Of a stretch of DNA of 64,000 bases, positions 1 through 8,909 are shown one piece after another. A program made the position numbers and the translations under genes. The notes under the pieces were generated by a model. That model did not search any database and was not told the DNA's origin. It worked only from the letters and a program-made list of their open reading frames with translations. The stretch is from Candidatus Paceibacter sp. (GTDB taxonomy: Bacteria > Patescibacteriota > Minisyncoccia > UBA9983): assembly GCA_013360865.1 (NCBI GenBank), contig JABWAS010000003.1, positions 681 to 64,680 on the forward strand, written 5' to 3'. Numbering within the stretch: position 1 is the first letter of the stretch; the number at the start of each line of letters is the position of its first letter.

Positions 1-726
1 GGCGTTAACCAAAATTATCACCGGACCGACCGGCCAGCCGAATATTCCGGCCAGCGCGACGCCCGAACCAGCCGTGACCGCGCCGGCAATCATCGCCGCG
101 TAAGAATATTGAAACATGCTCCGGCTGAAGTTTCTGGAAGCGGCGGCCGGAAGAATTATCAAGGCGCTGGTTAAAAGCGTTCCGGCAACCTTGACGCCGA
201 AGGCGATTATCAGGGCGATGGACAAGAGATAAATGAGATTATATTTCCAGATTTTCACCTTGCCGGCCAGCGCCAAATCCTCGGAAACGTAAGCCAGCAT
301 AAGTTTGGGATAAATTTTCCTGATAAGAAAGAAAACCAAAATCGCGACGACAACCGCCGATACCGCGTCAGCGGCGGATATTCTGGAAATGTCGCCGAAC
401 AAGGCATGGATCAATTCCTCGTCCGGAGTAATAAGATAACCGACGGCAAGACTTAACACAAATACCACGCCTACCAGAGTCTCCACCGCCAGTTTGGTTT
501 TAATCTCCAGCGCCCAAATAACAATCGTGCCGATTAAAAGAGAGGCCAGCGCCCCCAGCGACATATTTATGCCGTAAAGAAACGCCAGACCGACTCCGGG
601 CAAAGCCACGTGGCTAAGCACGTCTCCCGCCAGAACCATTTTCCTGGTGGCCATCAGCGAACCGATGTAACCGGCCGCCCCGCCAATAAAAACCGCCGTT
701 ATTAAACTTAAAAAATCAATGCTCAT
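1..726 (-). CDS. ABC-3 family metal (Zn/Mn) transporter permease, ZnuB/MntB-like; 3' part runs off the window
   Basis: Reverse-strand translation from the ATG at 724-726 is a polytopic membrane protein of the TroC/ZnuB type (…LIILPAAASRNFSRS…). Its start overlaps the stop of the upstream ATPase (CATGAGCATTGA), suggesting translational coupling. Confidence 0.65.
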   Translation of the reverse strand, partial: MSIDFLSLITAVFIGGAAGYIGSLMATRKMVLAGDVLSHVALPGVGLAFLYGINMSLGALASLLIGTIVIWALEIKTKLAVETLVGVVFVLSLAVGYLITPDEELIHALFGDISRISAADAVSAVVVAILVFFLIRKIYPKLMLAYVSEDLALAGKVKIWKYNLIYLLSIALIIAFGVKVAGTLLTSALIILPAAASRNFSRSMFQYSYAAMIAGAVTAGSGVALAGIFGWPVGPVIILVNA

Positions 727-1681
727 GGGTGTAAAAATTAACTTCCCCGCCGTAAAGCTTGTTCAGGCTGCTTGGCTCCAACGCCTGTTTGGGTTCGCCG
801 AAGCAGACCATTTCTTTGTTCAGACACAAAACTTTATTGGCGAACTTGTAAACCACGTTGAGGTCGTGCGTAACTAAAATAATGGATAAATTTCTTTCCT
901 TCTCCATCTGCCAGAGAAGATTGTAGACCGTCTCCTCGCCGCCAATGTCTATGCCCGATGTCGGCTCGTCAAAAAGAAGAACCTGCGGCTCGCCTATCAA
1001 TCCCCAGGCCACCAGAGTTCTCTGCAATTGGCCTGAAGAAATGTCGCTTATTCTTTTCTTTAAAAAATTTTTATCGACTAAACCAACTGACTGCAGCAAA
1101 GCGGCGGCCTGATCTTTTTTGGCTCCCTTTATTTTGAAGAATTCTTCAACACTCAAAGGCAAACCTTTCTCCGGCAGAATTTTTTGCGGGACGTAACTTA
1201 TTTTCAGGCCTGGCTCCCATTTTATTTGCCCGGCCACCTTTCCCGAACCGTCGGAGTAAGGGAGGACACCGAGAAGCGCTTTCAGTAAAACGCTTTTACC
1301 GGCGCCGTTTGGGCCGACGACGGCCAGGTTTTCGCCCTCTTTTAAATTAAAGCTCAAGTTCCCTATCACAATCTCGCCGCCAAAGCTCACGCTCAAATTA
1401 TTAACTTCCAAAATATTTTTCTTTTCAGCCGCTGTCGCGACAGGAAAAGATTCCGGCACGGTCGCCTTTTCTTCGGCTTTAACCGACGACTTGACTTCAG
1501 GTTCAGGCGCAATTACAGGCACGGGTTTTTGTTCATTTAACTGAACAGGAGCGGCAAAATTGTCGGCGCCCAGATGTCGCATTTTTTCTTCTTTACCTTT
1601 CAGAAGTTTGTCAAAATAATCGTTTGCCATTTCCCTGTCAAATAAAATTTTATTGATTATTGGTTGATAATTTTTTATCAA
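716..1681 (-). CDS. ABC transporter ATP-binding protein (ZnuC-like) with an ~95-aa low-complexity N-terminal extension
   Basis: Walker A GPNGAGKS, ABC signature SSGQLQR, Walker B LLFDEPT, H-loop. Confidence 0.8.
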   Translation of the reverse strand: MIKNYQPIINKILFDREMANDYFDKLLKGKEEKMRHLGADNFAAPVQLNEQKPVPVIAPEPEVKSSVKAEEKATVPESFPVATAAEKKNILEVNNLSVSFGGEIVIGNLSFNLKEGENLAVVGPNGAGKSVLLKALLGVLPYSDGSGKVAGQIKWEPGLKISYVPQKILPEKGLPLSVEEFFKIKGAKKDQAAALLQSVGLVDKNFLKKRISDISSGQLQRTLVAWGLIGEPQVLLFDEPTSGIDIGGEETVYNLLWQMEKERNLSIILVTHDLNVVYKFANKVLCLNKEMVCFGEPKQALEPSSLNKLYGGEVNFYTHEH

Positions 1682-1773
1682 TTAAAACAATTTAATTATA
1701 ACAATTTTAAAATATTAAAAAATAATCAAATTTTAACTTTTAATTCCTAAGAATTAAAAGTTATTTGACGGGG

Positions 1774-3156
1774 TCAAAACATCAAATCGTTGGCCTCTTT
1801 GCGGGGCGCGCCTTTCTCCATCTCAACTTTCAGCTCCGCTATCCTGTCCTGGATCATGGCCGCCTGATGATAATCATCGCGGCGCGCCGATTCGCGCATT
1901 CTTTCTTCCATCGCCTTTATCATCTCTTCGTACTCTTCCCTGCTCATGAAAAATTTTTCTTTCTCCTCCAGGCGCTGCCTTATCTCCTCGTTCTCGCCGC
2001 GCGAAAGCTCGTCCACCAAACCCGTCCTCTGCCAGGAGAAAGCGGTAAAAACTATGTTTTTATACAATTCCTCCGCCGTTTCTTTTTCTTCTTTTTTGGC
2101 CGCCTTGGAATTTTTTATTATTTCTTTTAAGTCGTGCGCGCCGCGCTCTATCCACTCCAGGCTCCACCACGGCCGGGCGGAAGACCACCAAAACTGGTCG
2201 GAGGCAAGCGTCTGGTCAAGATACTTTCTTATGACGGCGTCGTTTTTGTCCGCCGATTCCAGCGCCAAATTAAGAAGCCGCCATTGCCATTGCTGGATTT
2301 CATTGTCTCTGTTGTTCCAACGGAAGTAGGGCTGGCCGATTTTGAAGTCTCGCGGCACCGCCGCCCAAGTTGAAGGGCGCGGCTCAATCGTTTCTCTTTT
2401 CGTAAAATTGAGCAAAACTTCGCTTATCGTCAGCGGCTTTATTTTCTCTTCTTTCATCAGGTCAAAAAGAAGTCTCTCCAGCCCAGGCCGGTGGTGGCCG
2501 AAAATTTCTCCGTCCATGGCCGTAAGAGCGTAAGTGTTTTCTTCACCCGCCTCGCCTTCCAACGTCCGCAAAATGCCGGGCATTGAGCTTTCCGCCGAGG
2601 CGGACAAAATTTTAAAGCTCAACTTTCTCTGCCGGAAGAAAACGGCGAATCCGTCCAGTCCGTCAATTTCGTAAACAACGTCTTTATTCGCTTTCCGCCC
2701 GTCCGGAAACGCCATCTCGTCTATGATTATCCACTTGTAACCGAGTCTTTTGGCCACCTCCGCCACCTTTTTGGAGTAGGCCATTTCCGGCGGAAAGAAA
2801 CCCCCTTTCTTCCAATTCTTCCCGAAATGTTTATTTAATGTTTCCTCGTTTAAAATTATCTGCCGCTCTATTTCCTTCTCCGGCAGCAAGGGCAAGAAGG
2901 CGTGGTACTTGGCGCTGCCGACAAGCTCCACGTTTCCTTTTTCAACCAGTTCGCGGATTTGCTTTAAAATATCCTGCCGGCCGTTTTTCTCCAGCAGGTC
3001 GCACAAAACGCCGCTGATGTTGAGCGTCAGGCGACACCTCTCTATATCCAAAAGACCGGAAAAAATTCTGGCATACGCCTCGGAGGCTATCCTTTTTATT
3101 ATCTCCGGCTTCTGCACCGCCGGTTGGTATATGTGCAAAAAATTGGCCCAGTTCAT
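1774..3156 (-). CDS. Glycoside hydrolase family 57 enzyme with a C-terminal UVR (UvrB/UvrC-type) motif
   Basis: All four GH57 signature regions are present: HIYQP near the N-terminus, GNVELVGSAKYHAFLPLL, GFFPPEMAY (nucleophile Glu) and MDGEIFGHH (acid/base Asp). The C-terminus …DDYHQAAMIQDRIAELKVEM matches the UVR domain consensus. Confidence 0.7.
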   Translation of the reverse strand: MNWANFLHIYQPAVQKPEIIKRIASEAYARIFSGLLDIERCRLTLNISGVLCDLLEKNGRQDILKQIRELVEKGNVELVGSAKYHAFLPLLPEKEIERQIILNEETLNKHFGKNWKKGGFFPPEMAYSKKVAEVAKRLGYKWIIIDEMAFPDGRKANKDVVYEIDGLDGFAVFFRQRKLSFKILSASAESSMPGILRTLEGEAGEENTYALTAMDGEIFGHHRPGLERLLFDLMKEEKIKPLTISEVLLNFTKRETIEPRPSTWAAVPRDFKIGQPYFRWNNRDNEIQQWQWRLLNLALESADKNDAVIRKYLDQTLASDQFWWSSARPWWSLEWIERGAHDLKEIIKNSKAAKKEEKETAEELYKNIVFTAFSWQRTGLVDELSRGENEEIRQRLEEKEKFFMSREEYEEMIKAMEERMRESARRDDYHQAAMIQDRIAELKVEMEKGAPRKEANDLMF

Positions 3157-3170
3157 TTTTTAGAATCGGA

Positions 3171-4661
3171 TTAATTTTTTTGGCGATGGAAGCTTATCGC
3201 CTTCGCGAACAAACGGGCGTATTCCGCCGCCGACTTGTCCCAGGAAAAATCGGCGGACATGGCGTTCTTCTGGATTTTCTGCCAGATTTTTTGATGTTTA
3301 TGATTTTCAATAGCCCTGACCACCGCCCCGAAAAGGGAATAGCCGTTAAACTTTTCAAAGACGAAACCGGTTCCCTTTTTAGAAACGGGGTCGTAATCGG
3401 ACACGCTGTCGGCCAGACCGCCCGTCTTCCTCGCTATCGGAATGGCGCCGTATCTCATCGCTTCCATCTGGGTCAGGCCGCACGGCTCAAATTTGGAAGG
3501 AATGACGACGGCGTCGGCTCCGGCAAAAACCATCCTCGGCAAAACATTGTCAAAAGAAAGATGGGTGGCGACGTTGGGATAATTTTTTCCCAGCTCGGTG
3601 AAAAACGACAAATATTTTGAGTCGCCCGTTCCCACCACGACGAGCTGGAAATTAAAATTTTCCAAAAGCGGCGGCAAAGCTTCCATCAACAGGTCCACTC
3701 CTTTCTGTTCGGTGAGTCTGGACACCAAACCGAGGAGAAAAACATCATCCGGTTTATCCGGAAGGTTGAACTTGTGGCGCAGCGCGGTTTTGTTCTTGGC
3801 CCGCTCGCCCAGTTTTTTGGGGTTGTATTTGATCTCAACACTCGGGTCGGTTTCCGGATTATATGTTTCGTAATCTATCCCGTTGAGGATGCCGAACAGG
3901 CGAGACCTCCTTTCCTGCAGAAGCCCGTCCAGCAGTTCGCCATATTCCGGCGTGGTTATTTCCTTGGCGTAAGTGGGAGAAACGGTGTTGACCGCGTCGG
4001 CGTAAATTATCCCCCTTCTCATGGAATTTATTTTCAGCAGCCGCGGGTCCGTTATGTCCGGCACGGGCGAATGGCCGTCGTCGTAATCCATCTCGCTGAC
4101 GAAACGATGGTCAAACACACCCTGATAAGAAAGATTGTGAATGGAGAAAACCGTGGCGATATCTTTCAAAAATGGGTTGTCCTTGTATTTTGTTTTAAGG
4201 TAATTGGGAATGAGGCCGGTCTGCCAGTCGCAGGCCACGATAACGTCCGGCCGCCAGTCTTTGTAAAAACGGATGAACTCCAGCGCCCCCCGGCAAAGAA
4301 GCGCCCACCTGGCCGCGTCGTCGGCGTAGCCGTAAATGTTGGCTCTCTGTTCGTAATACTCCTGATTTTCCAGAAAATAAACGGGAACGGCGGCATTTTC
4401 CGAAGCGAAAGCTTTGACGTTGCATATTATCATTTCCGAATCGTTGTTGGGCACTTCCAGCCGCTCAAAAACCATCCGCGTCGGACAATTTGTCCGGTCT
4501 ATTGAACCGTAAAATGGAAGCATTACGCGCGCGTCGTGCCCCAACTTCGCCAGCGCTTTCGTTAAAGAATGGACGGCGCTGCCCAAACCTCCGGCCTTGG
4601 CGAACGGAGCCGCCTCGGAGGCGACGAAAAGAACTTTTAGCTTGCTGTCTTTTTTAAACAT
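3171..4661 (-). CDS. glgA: Glycogen/starch synthase (GT5)
   Basis: The N-terminus KVLFVASEAAPFAKAGGLGSAV is the GlgA ADP-glucose binding motif, and the GT-B C-terminal half follows. Confidence 0.85.
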   Translation of the reverse strand: MFKKDSKLKVLFVASEAAPFAKAGGLGSAVHSLTKALAKLGHDARVMLPFYGSIDRTNCPTRMVFERLEVPNNDSEMIICNVKAFASENAAVPVYFLENQEYYEQRANIYGYADDAARWALLCRGALEFIRFYKDWRPDVIVACDWQTGLIPNYLKTKYKDNPFLKDIATVFSIHNLSYQGVFDHRFVSEMDYDDGHSPVPDITDPRLLKINSMRRGIIYADAVNTVSPTYAKEITTPEYGELLDGLLQERRSRLFGILNGIDYETYNPETDPSVEIKYNPKKLGERAKNKTALRHKFNLPDKPDDVFLLGLVSRLTEQKGVDLLMEALPPLLENFNFQLVVVGTGDSKYLSFFTELGKNYPNVATHLSFDNVLPRMVFAGADAVVIPSKFEPCGLTQMEAMRYGAIPIARKTGGLADSVSDYDPVSKKGTGFVFEKFNGYSLFGAVVRAIENHKHQKIWQKIQKNAMSADFSWDKSAAEYARLFAKAISFHRQKN

Positions 4662-4754
4662 ATGGTTTCTATTATAGTTTTTTTAAAAAAATTGTCATTG
4701 TTTGCCGCGCCGCCAACCTTGCGGAAGTTTAAAAAATAAGTATAATTTAGATTA

Positions 4755-6209
4755 ATGACAGCTAAAAACCTAACATCCAGGCCGCCAGTAGTGGTGGTGA
4801 TGGGACATATTGACCACGGGAAATCAACCCTGCTTGATTACATCAGGAACGCCAATGTCACCGCCAAAGAGGCCGGCGGCATAACCCAGCACATCGGCGC
4901 TTATGAGGCTGAAGTTGAGAGCGGCGGAGAAAAAAGAAAAATAACTTTTCTGGACACTCCCGGGCACGAAGCTTTTTCTCAAATGAGAACGCGCGGAGCC
5001 AGAGTGGCCGACGTGGCCGTTTTGGTGGTAGCGGCGGACGACGGCGTCCAGCCGCAGACAATGGAGGCTTACGAAACTATAAAAAAATCCGGCCTGCCTT
5101 TCATCGTCGCCATCAATAAGATAGACAAACCCGGCGCCGAGCCGGAAAGAGTCAAAGCCCAGCTGGCCGAAAAAGAAATATTTTTGGAAGGCTACGGCGG
5201 CAACATCCCCTTCGCCAACATCTCCGCCAAAACCGGCCAGGGCGTGCCGGAACTTCTGGATTTGGTGCTGCTCCAGGCCGAGCTGGGAGATTTAAAAGCC
5301 GACCCCGAAGAGCCGGCCTCCGGCGTGATAATAGAATCAAAACTTGATCCAAAAAGAGGCATTTCTTCCACATTGCTTATAAGAAACGGCGCGATGAGAA
5401 AAGGGCAGTTCATCGTCGCCGGCCAGGTTTCCGCCCCTGTAAGAATTTTTGAGGACTTCAAAGGACGCCCGTTGCAGGAGGCGACTTTTTCCTCTCCCGT
5501 CAGAATCACCGGCTTCAGCGGACTGCCCGCCGTAGGCGACGAATTCAAAACTTTTGCCGGCAAAAAAGAAGCGGAGCAGTTTATGCTCCAGCTTAAAGAA
5601 AAAATAACCAAAAAATCTTTGCCGGAAAAATCCGCCGCGGCTCCGGAAATCAAAGACAAGGCGTATGTCCGGATGATAATCAAGACGGACACCGCCGGAT
5701 CACTGGAGGCGCTGGAGAAAGAACTGTTCAAACTCAAAGACGACGAGGTTGTCTTAACTATGCTCAAGGGCGGCGTTGGCAACATAAACGAAGATGACGC
5801 CAAATTCGCCTCAGCTTCCTCCGGCTCCGTGATTTTCGGTTTCAACACGGGAGTTGACGCCGCCGCCAAAGAAATAATCGAGCGTTACAAAACGCCGTTT
5901 TTCGTTTCGGACATAATTTACAAAATAAGCGACTGGCTCAAGGAGGAAATCGCCAGAAGAAAAGCGGAAATTCCAAGGGAGGAAATCATCGGCACGGCCA
6001 AAATACTAAAAACTTTCAGCCGTCAGAAAAACAAACAGGTCATCGGCGGAAAAGTTGTTTCCGGCAAAATGGTTGAGGGCAAAACCTTCAAAATCAAAAG
6101 GCGCGACGCCGAGATTGGCGAAGGACGAATTCGGCGCCATGACGGAAAACAAAATAGAAATCGTCCGCGACGACGAGATAGTGATTATAGGGAAATAAAA
6201 AGAGGCTGA
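4755..6209 (+). CDS. infB: Translation initiation factor IF-2, compact form lacking N-terminal domains; possible frameshift near the 3' end
   Basis: G1 GHIDHGKSTLLD, DTPGHEAF, NKID G4 motif, and the IF-2 domain II/C-terminal pattern. The last ~25 aa (RRHDGKQNRNRPRRRDSDYREIKRG) look out of frame; the +2 frame gives …EFGAMTENKIEIVRDDEIVIIGK, which is closer to the IF-2 C-terminus. Confidence 0.75.
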   Translation: MTAKNLTSRPPVVVVMGHIDHGKSTLLDYIRNANVTAKEAGGITQHIGAYEAEVESGGEKRKITFLDTPGHEAFSQMRTRGARVADVAVLVVAADDGVQPQTMEAYETIKKSGLPFIVAINKIDKPGAEPERVKAQLAEKEIFLEGYGGNIPFANISAKTGQGVPELLDLVLLQAELGDLKADPEEPASGVIIESKLDPKRGISSTLLIRNGAMRKGQFIVAGQVSAPVRIFEDFKGRPLQEATFSSPVRITGFSGLPAVGDEFKTFAGKKEAEQFMLQLKEKITKKSLPEKSAAAPEIKDKAYVRMIIKTDTAGSLEALEKELFKLKDDEVVLTMLKGGVGNINEDDAKFASASSGSVIFGFNTGVDAAAKEIIERYKTPFFVSDIIYKISDWLKEEIARRKAEIPREEIIGTAKILKTFSRQKNKQVIGGKVVSGKMVEGKTFKIKRRDAEIGEGRIRRHDGKQNRNRPRRRDSDYREIKRG

Positions 6210-6258
6210 TTTTAGACAGCCTCTTTTTATTTTCAAGAAAAGATATTACTGAACAAAC

Positions 6259-6804
6259 TTATCCTATTTTTCTAAAAACGGACATCAAGATTTGATCCAA
6301 ATATCTGCCGTTTTTGAATATTTGCCTTTTTCTGCAGCCCTCCACCTTAAAGCCACATCCTTTATAACACTTTATTGCTCTTTTGTTATTGGAAAGAACA
6401 GTTAGACACACTTTGCGCAAATTAAGGGTATTAAAGGCAAAGCCAATAAGCAGTGACACAGCTTCCGTTCCGAAACCCTTGCCCCAATAGCTTTTTTCGC
6501 CGATAGATATGCCAAGAGTGACCGTTCTGTCTTTCCAATTTATTCCATGAAGACCGGCTGTTCCAATCAGAGTTCTCTCAATAGTTTCAACGCCCAACAC
6601 AATATCGCTAGACTTCCGCTTGGAAAGATTTTCAATCCAGCATATTTCTTCGTCTTCATGCATTGGTAAATAAGCCGAAAGATATTGCGTTACTTCCGGA
6701 TCATTTATCCACCGCATTAATTTTCCGACATCGCTTTTTAACAACGGACGAAGATTAACCTTTTCGCCAGGCAAAAATACAACTTTTTCTTCACTGCCAT
6801 CCAT
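6259..6804 (-). CDS. GNAT family N-acetyltransferase (RimJ/RimL-like)
   Basis: GNAT motifs …LGISIGEKSYWGKGFGTEAV… and …KCYKGCGFKVEG; AT-rich relative to neighbours. Confidence 0.65.
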   Translation of the reverse strand: MDGSEEKVVFLPGEKVNLRPLLKSDVGKLMRWINDPEVTQYLSAYLPMHEDEEICWIENLSKRKSSDIVLGVETIERTLIGTAGLHGINWKDRTVTLGISIGEKSYWGKGFGTEAVSLLIGFAFNTLNLRKVCLTVLSNNKRAIKCYKGCGFKVEGCRKRQIFKNGRYLDQILMSVFRKIG

Positions 6805-7277
6805 AAGACTACTCCTTTCCTTAAAAATGTTTATAAAATTTTAAAAGTGCCATGCATTTGCCAAACAAAATCTCGGCTTTTGTTCAGCCGAGATTTTTCT
6901 AAAAAAGTCTACGTAAATTATTTTTTATAGAAAAATTATAGAATTATCACGGCTAAACAAAAACTTTTTATTCAGGCAAATACCGATAACCTCCAAATAT
7001 GGCATTCGGGCGGTTAAATTCTTATCTAGTTGATGATAATTGTTATTCATATTAACAACTTCAGTTAAGCATAGATTGAAATTATTGTAAAGATTAAATA
7101 TCGGCACCTATTTTGCCTATCGTTCAAATAGGTTCCGTTTTTATAAGCAACTACCCCCTAATTTTGCGATAGCGGGTATGCGTGAAGTTTATCTTACCTT
7201 CACGAATTTATAGTCTCTCTTGCCTCTTTTGGCGATGATGTATTTTCCGGACAGTAAATCTTTTTCGCCGAGAACGT

Positions 7278-7329
7278 AATTTAATTCGCTGACTTTTTCG
7301 CCGAATTTAATTCGCTGACTTTTTCGCCG
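7278..7329. repeat. Perfect 26-bp tandem duplication (aatttaattcgctgactttttcgccg x2) at the 3' end of tyrS
   Basis: Copy 1 is 7278-7303 and copy 2 is 7304-7329, with identical sequence. Confidence 0.9.
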
Positions 7330-8477
7330 TTTAGTTCTATGGCGTTGTTTTGAATATCTTCGCGCGCCTGGCGTTTGGAATCAACCACTTTTGCCACCAC
7401 CAAGAAATCGGCGATGTTGAGGCCTCCGCCGGCCAGCGGAAATTTTTCCAGTTTTACCACCGATGAGTCGGTAAAAATTTGTTCCAAGTCGTCTTCGCTC
7501 AAATCTTTTATTTTGCCGCCGAAAAGTTTTTCGGAAATTTTCACGGCGACGGCGCAAGCCTTTTCGCTGTGGACAAAAACCGTTACCTCTTTAGCCAGCG
7601 TTTTCTGCGCTTCTCTTTTCTCCGGTTCTGTTTTTGTTTTTTCTTCCAGCGCTTTTATTTCTTCCAGACTTAAGAATGTATAATATTTTAAAAGTTTAAC
7701 AACATCGGCGTCTGTAGTGTTGAGCCAAAATTGATAAAAATGATAAGGCGAGGTCATTTTCGCGTCCAACCAGACGGCGTTGCCTTCCGATTTGCCGAAC
7801 TTTTTTCCGGAAGCGTCCGTCACTAACGGCCAAGTCAGACCTAAAACCTCCTTGCCTTTTGTCTTTCTCACCAGCTCAATTCCAGCCGTGATATTCCCCC
7901 ACTGGTCGGAACCGGCGATTTGGAATCCGCAGCCGTATTTTTCATCAAGCTGCATAAAGTCATATGCTTGGATGAGAGAGTAGCTGAACTCGGCAAAAGA
8001 AATACCATACTCCAACCGATTTTTTACCGCTTCTTTGGCAAGCATCTCGCTGATAGTAAACTTCTTGCCGATGTCGCGGATGAAATTAATGAAAGAATAA
8101 TCTTTAAACCAGTCGTAATTGTTTACGAATATTGCCTGCTTTTTAAAGTCAAAAAAACGGCCAAGCTGGTTTTTCACTGATTGGGCGTTTTGCTCAACTT
8201 CCTCCTCGCTTTTTAGTTCCCTTTCCGCCATTTTCCCACTTGGGTCGCCAACAAGCCCGGTCGCGCCGCCGACAAGAATAATCGGCTTCAACCCGGCTTG
8301 TTCCAGTCTTTTGGCTGTTATTGTCACCAGCAAATTTCCGACCTGCAAGCTCTCTCCGCTTGGGTCAAAACCACAGTAAAAATTGTTGCCTTTTTTTGCC
8401 AAATACTCTTTTACTTTTTCTTCGTTGGAAACCTGGTAAATAAGCCCTCTCTGTTTTAATTCCTCAAATATGTCCAT
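7281..8477 (-). CDS. tyrS: Tyrosyl-tRNA synthetase, C-terminally truncated by a 26-bp tandem duplication
   Basis: Class I TyrRS pattern GFDPSGESLQVGNLL (HIGH position reads QVGN), KFGKS (KMSKS), and a C-terminal S4 domain. See the finding on the duplication. Confidence 0.85.
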   Translation of the reverse strand: MDIFEELKQRGLIYQVSNEEKVKEYLAKKGNNFYCGFDPSGESLQVGNLLVTITAKRLEQAGLKPIILVGGATGLVGDPSGKMAERELKSEEEVEQNAQSVKNQLGRFFDFKKQAIFVNNYDWFKDYSFINFIRDIGKKFTISEMLAKEAVKNRLEYGISFAEFSYSLIQAYDFMQLDEKYGCGFQIAGSDQWGNITAGIELVRKTKGKEVLGLTWPLVTDASGKKFGKSEGNAVWLDAKMTSPYHFYQFWLNTTDADVVKLLKYYTFLSLEEIKALEEKTKTEPEKREAQKTLAKEVTVFVHSEKACAVAVKISEKLFGGKIKDLSEDDLEQIFTDSSVVKLEKFPLAGGGLNIADFLVVAKVVDSKRQAREDIQNNAIELNGEKVSELNSAKKSAN

Positions 8478-8516
8478 AAATTGCTTTTAATTCTAGCAAA
8501 TACGGGCAAAAAAAAC

Positions 8517-8547
8517 AGGGGCTTAGTTTTAACTAAGCCCCTTTATA
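8517..8547 (-). terminator. Rho-independent terminator downstream of the minus-strand tRNA at 8552-8624
   Basis: Hairpin AGGGGCTTAGTT/AACTAAGCCCCT followed on the minus strand by a T8 run. Confidence 0.6.
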
Positions 8548-8551
8548 TTGA

Positions 8552-8624
8552 TCGGGGTGGCAGGACTTGAACCTGCGACCTCCGCATTGTGGGCGGCGCG
8601 CTTCCTAAGCTGCGCTACACCCCG
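8552..8624 (-). tRNA. tRNA, 73 nt, isotype unresolved (non-canonical anticodon arm)
   Basis: Canonical acceptor stem (CGGGGTG/CACCCCG plus A73), D-arm GCGC-AGCTTAGGAA-GCGC, and T-arm GCAGG-TTCAAGT-CCTGC. The only reasonable anticodon hairpin is CCGC-CCACAAT-GCGG, which has no U33 and reads ACA, or CAC if the loop is shifted. Confidence 0.55.
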
Positions 8625-8629
8625 GAGAA

Positions 8630-8815
8630 CTAAGCTCTAGTGTCCAGATCAGGGTTAATGTCATCAACCATAATCCAGTGTCCGGCATAACCTTTCCTGT
8701 ACCCTTTTTTAACCATCATTTTGTCTAAATCATCTTGGGTGCAGTTCCAGGTCGGACAAATCAGCGATGCAAAAATATTAACAAAAAAGCTTAAAATTTT
8801 TTCAATAAACTTCAT
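8630..8815 (-). CDS. Small hypothetical protein (61 aa) with hydrophobic N-terminus and CPTWNC motif
   Basis: Strong SD AAGGAGA 7 nt upstream of the ATG, and a TTGACT-N16-TACTAT promoter-like sequence upstream. It lies between tRNA genes. Confidence 0.35.
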   Translation of the reverse strand: MKFIEKILSFFVNIFASLICPTWNCTQDDLDKMMVKKGYRKGYAGHWIMVDDINPDLDTRA

Positions 8816-8909
8816 TTTATTCTCCTTATAAAAGTTTAGGAAAAATAAATGTCAAAAAACGATACGTTACATATAGTATCATTTTTGGTTAAAAAGTCAA
8901 ATTGGCTAC

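Noticed and set aside
1765-2533. Plus-strand ORFs (121, 127, 79 and 63 aa) overlapping the GH57 gene
   Set aside because: They are antisense to a gene with complete family signatures. They are low-complexity with no motifs, and are typical shadow ORFs.
3774-4505. 243-aa plus-strand ORF inside glgA, and other antisense ORFs inside infB, gyrA, sulP, ftsH, typA, rpoD, rpoC and rpoB (for example 5192-5869, 20482-20973, 26236-27180, 31472-32569, 40908-41630, 54856-56418, 58469-59548)
   Set aside because: They are all antisense within strongly conserved housekeeping genes, Arg/Gly/His-rich from GC-rich antisense codons, and have no recognisable domains.
7155-7180. 13-nt motif TGCGATAGCGGG shared by the tyrS 3' region (7164-7176) and the recG 3' region (30633-30645)
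   Set aside because: There are only two short copies, which is insufficient to call a repeat family. It is noted only because both copies sit next to hairpins.
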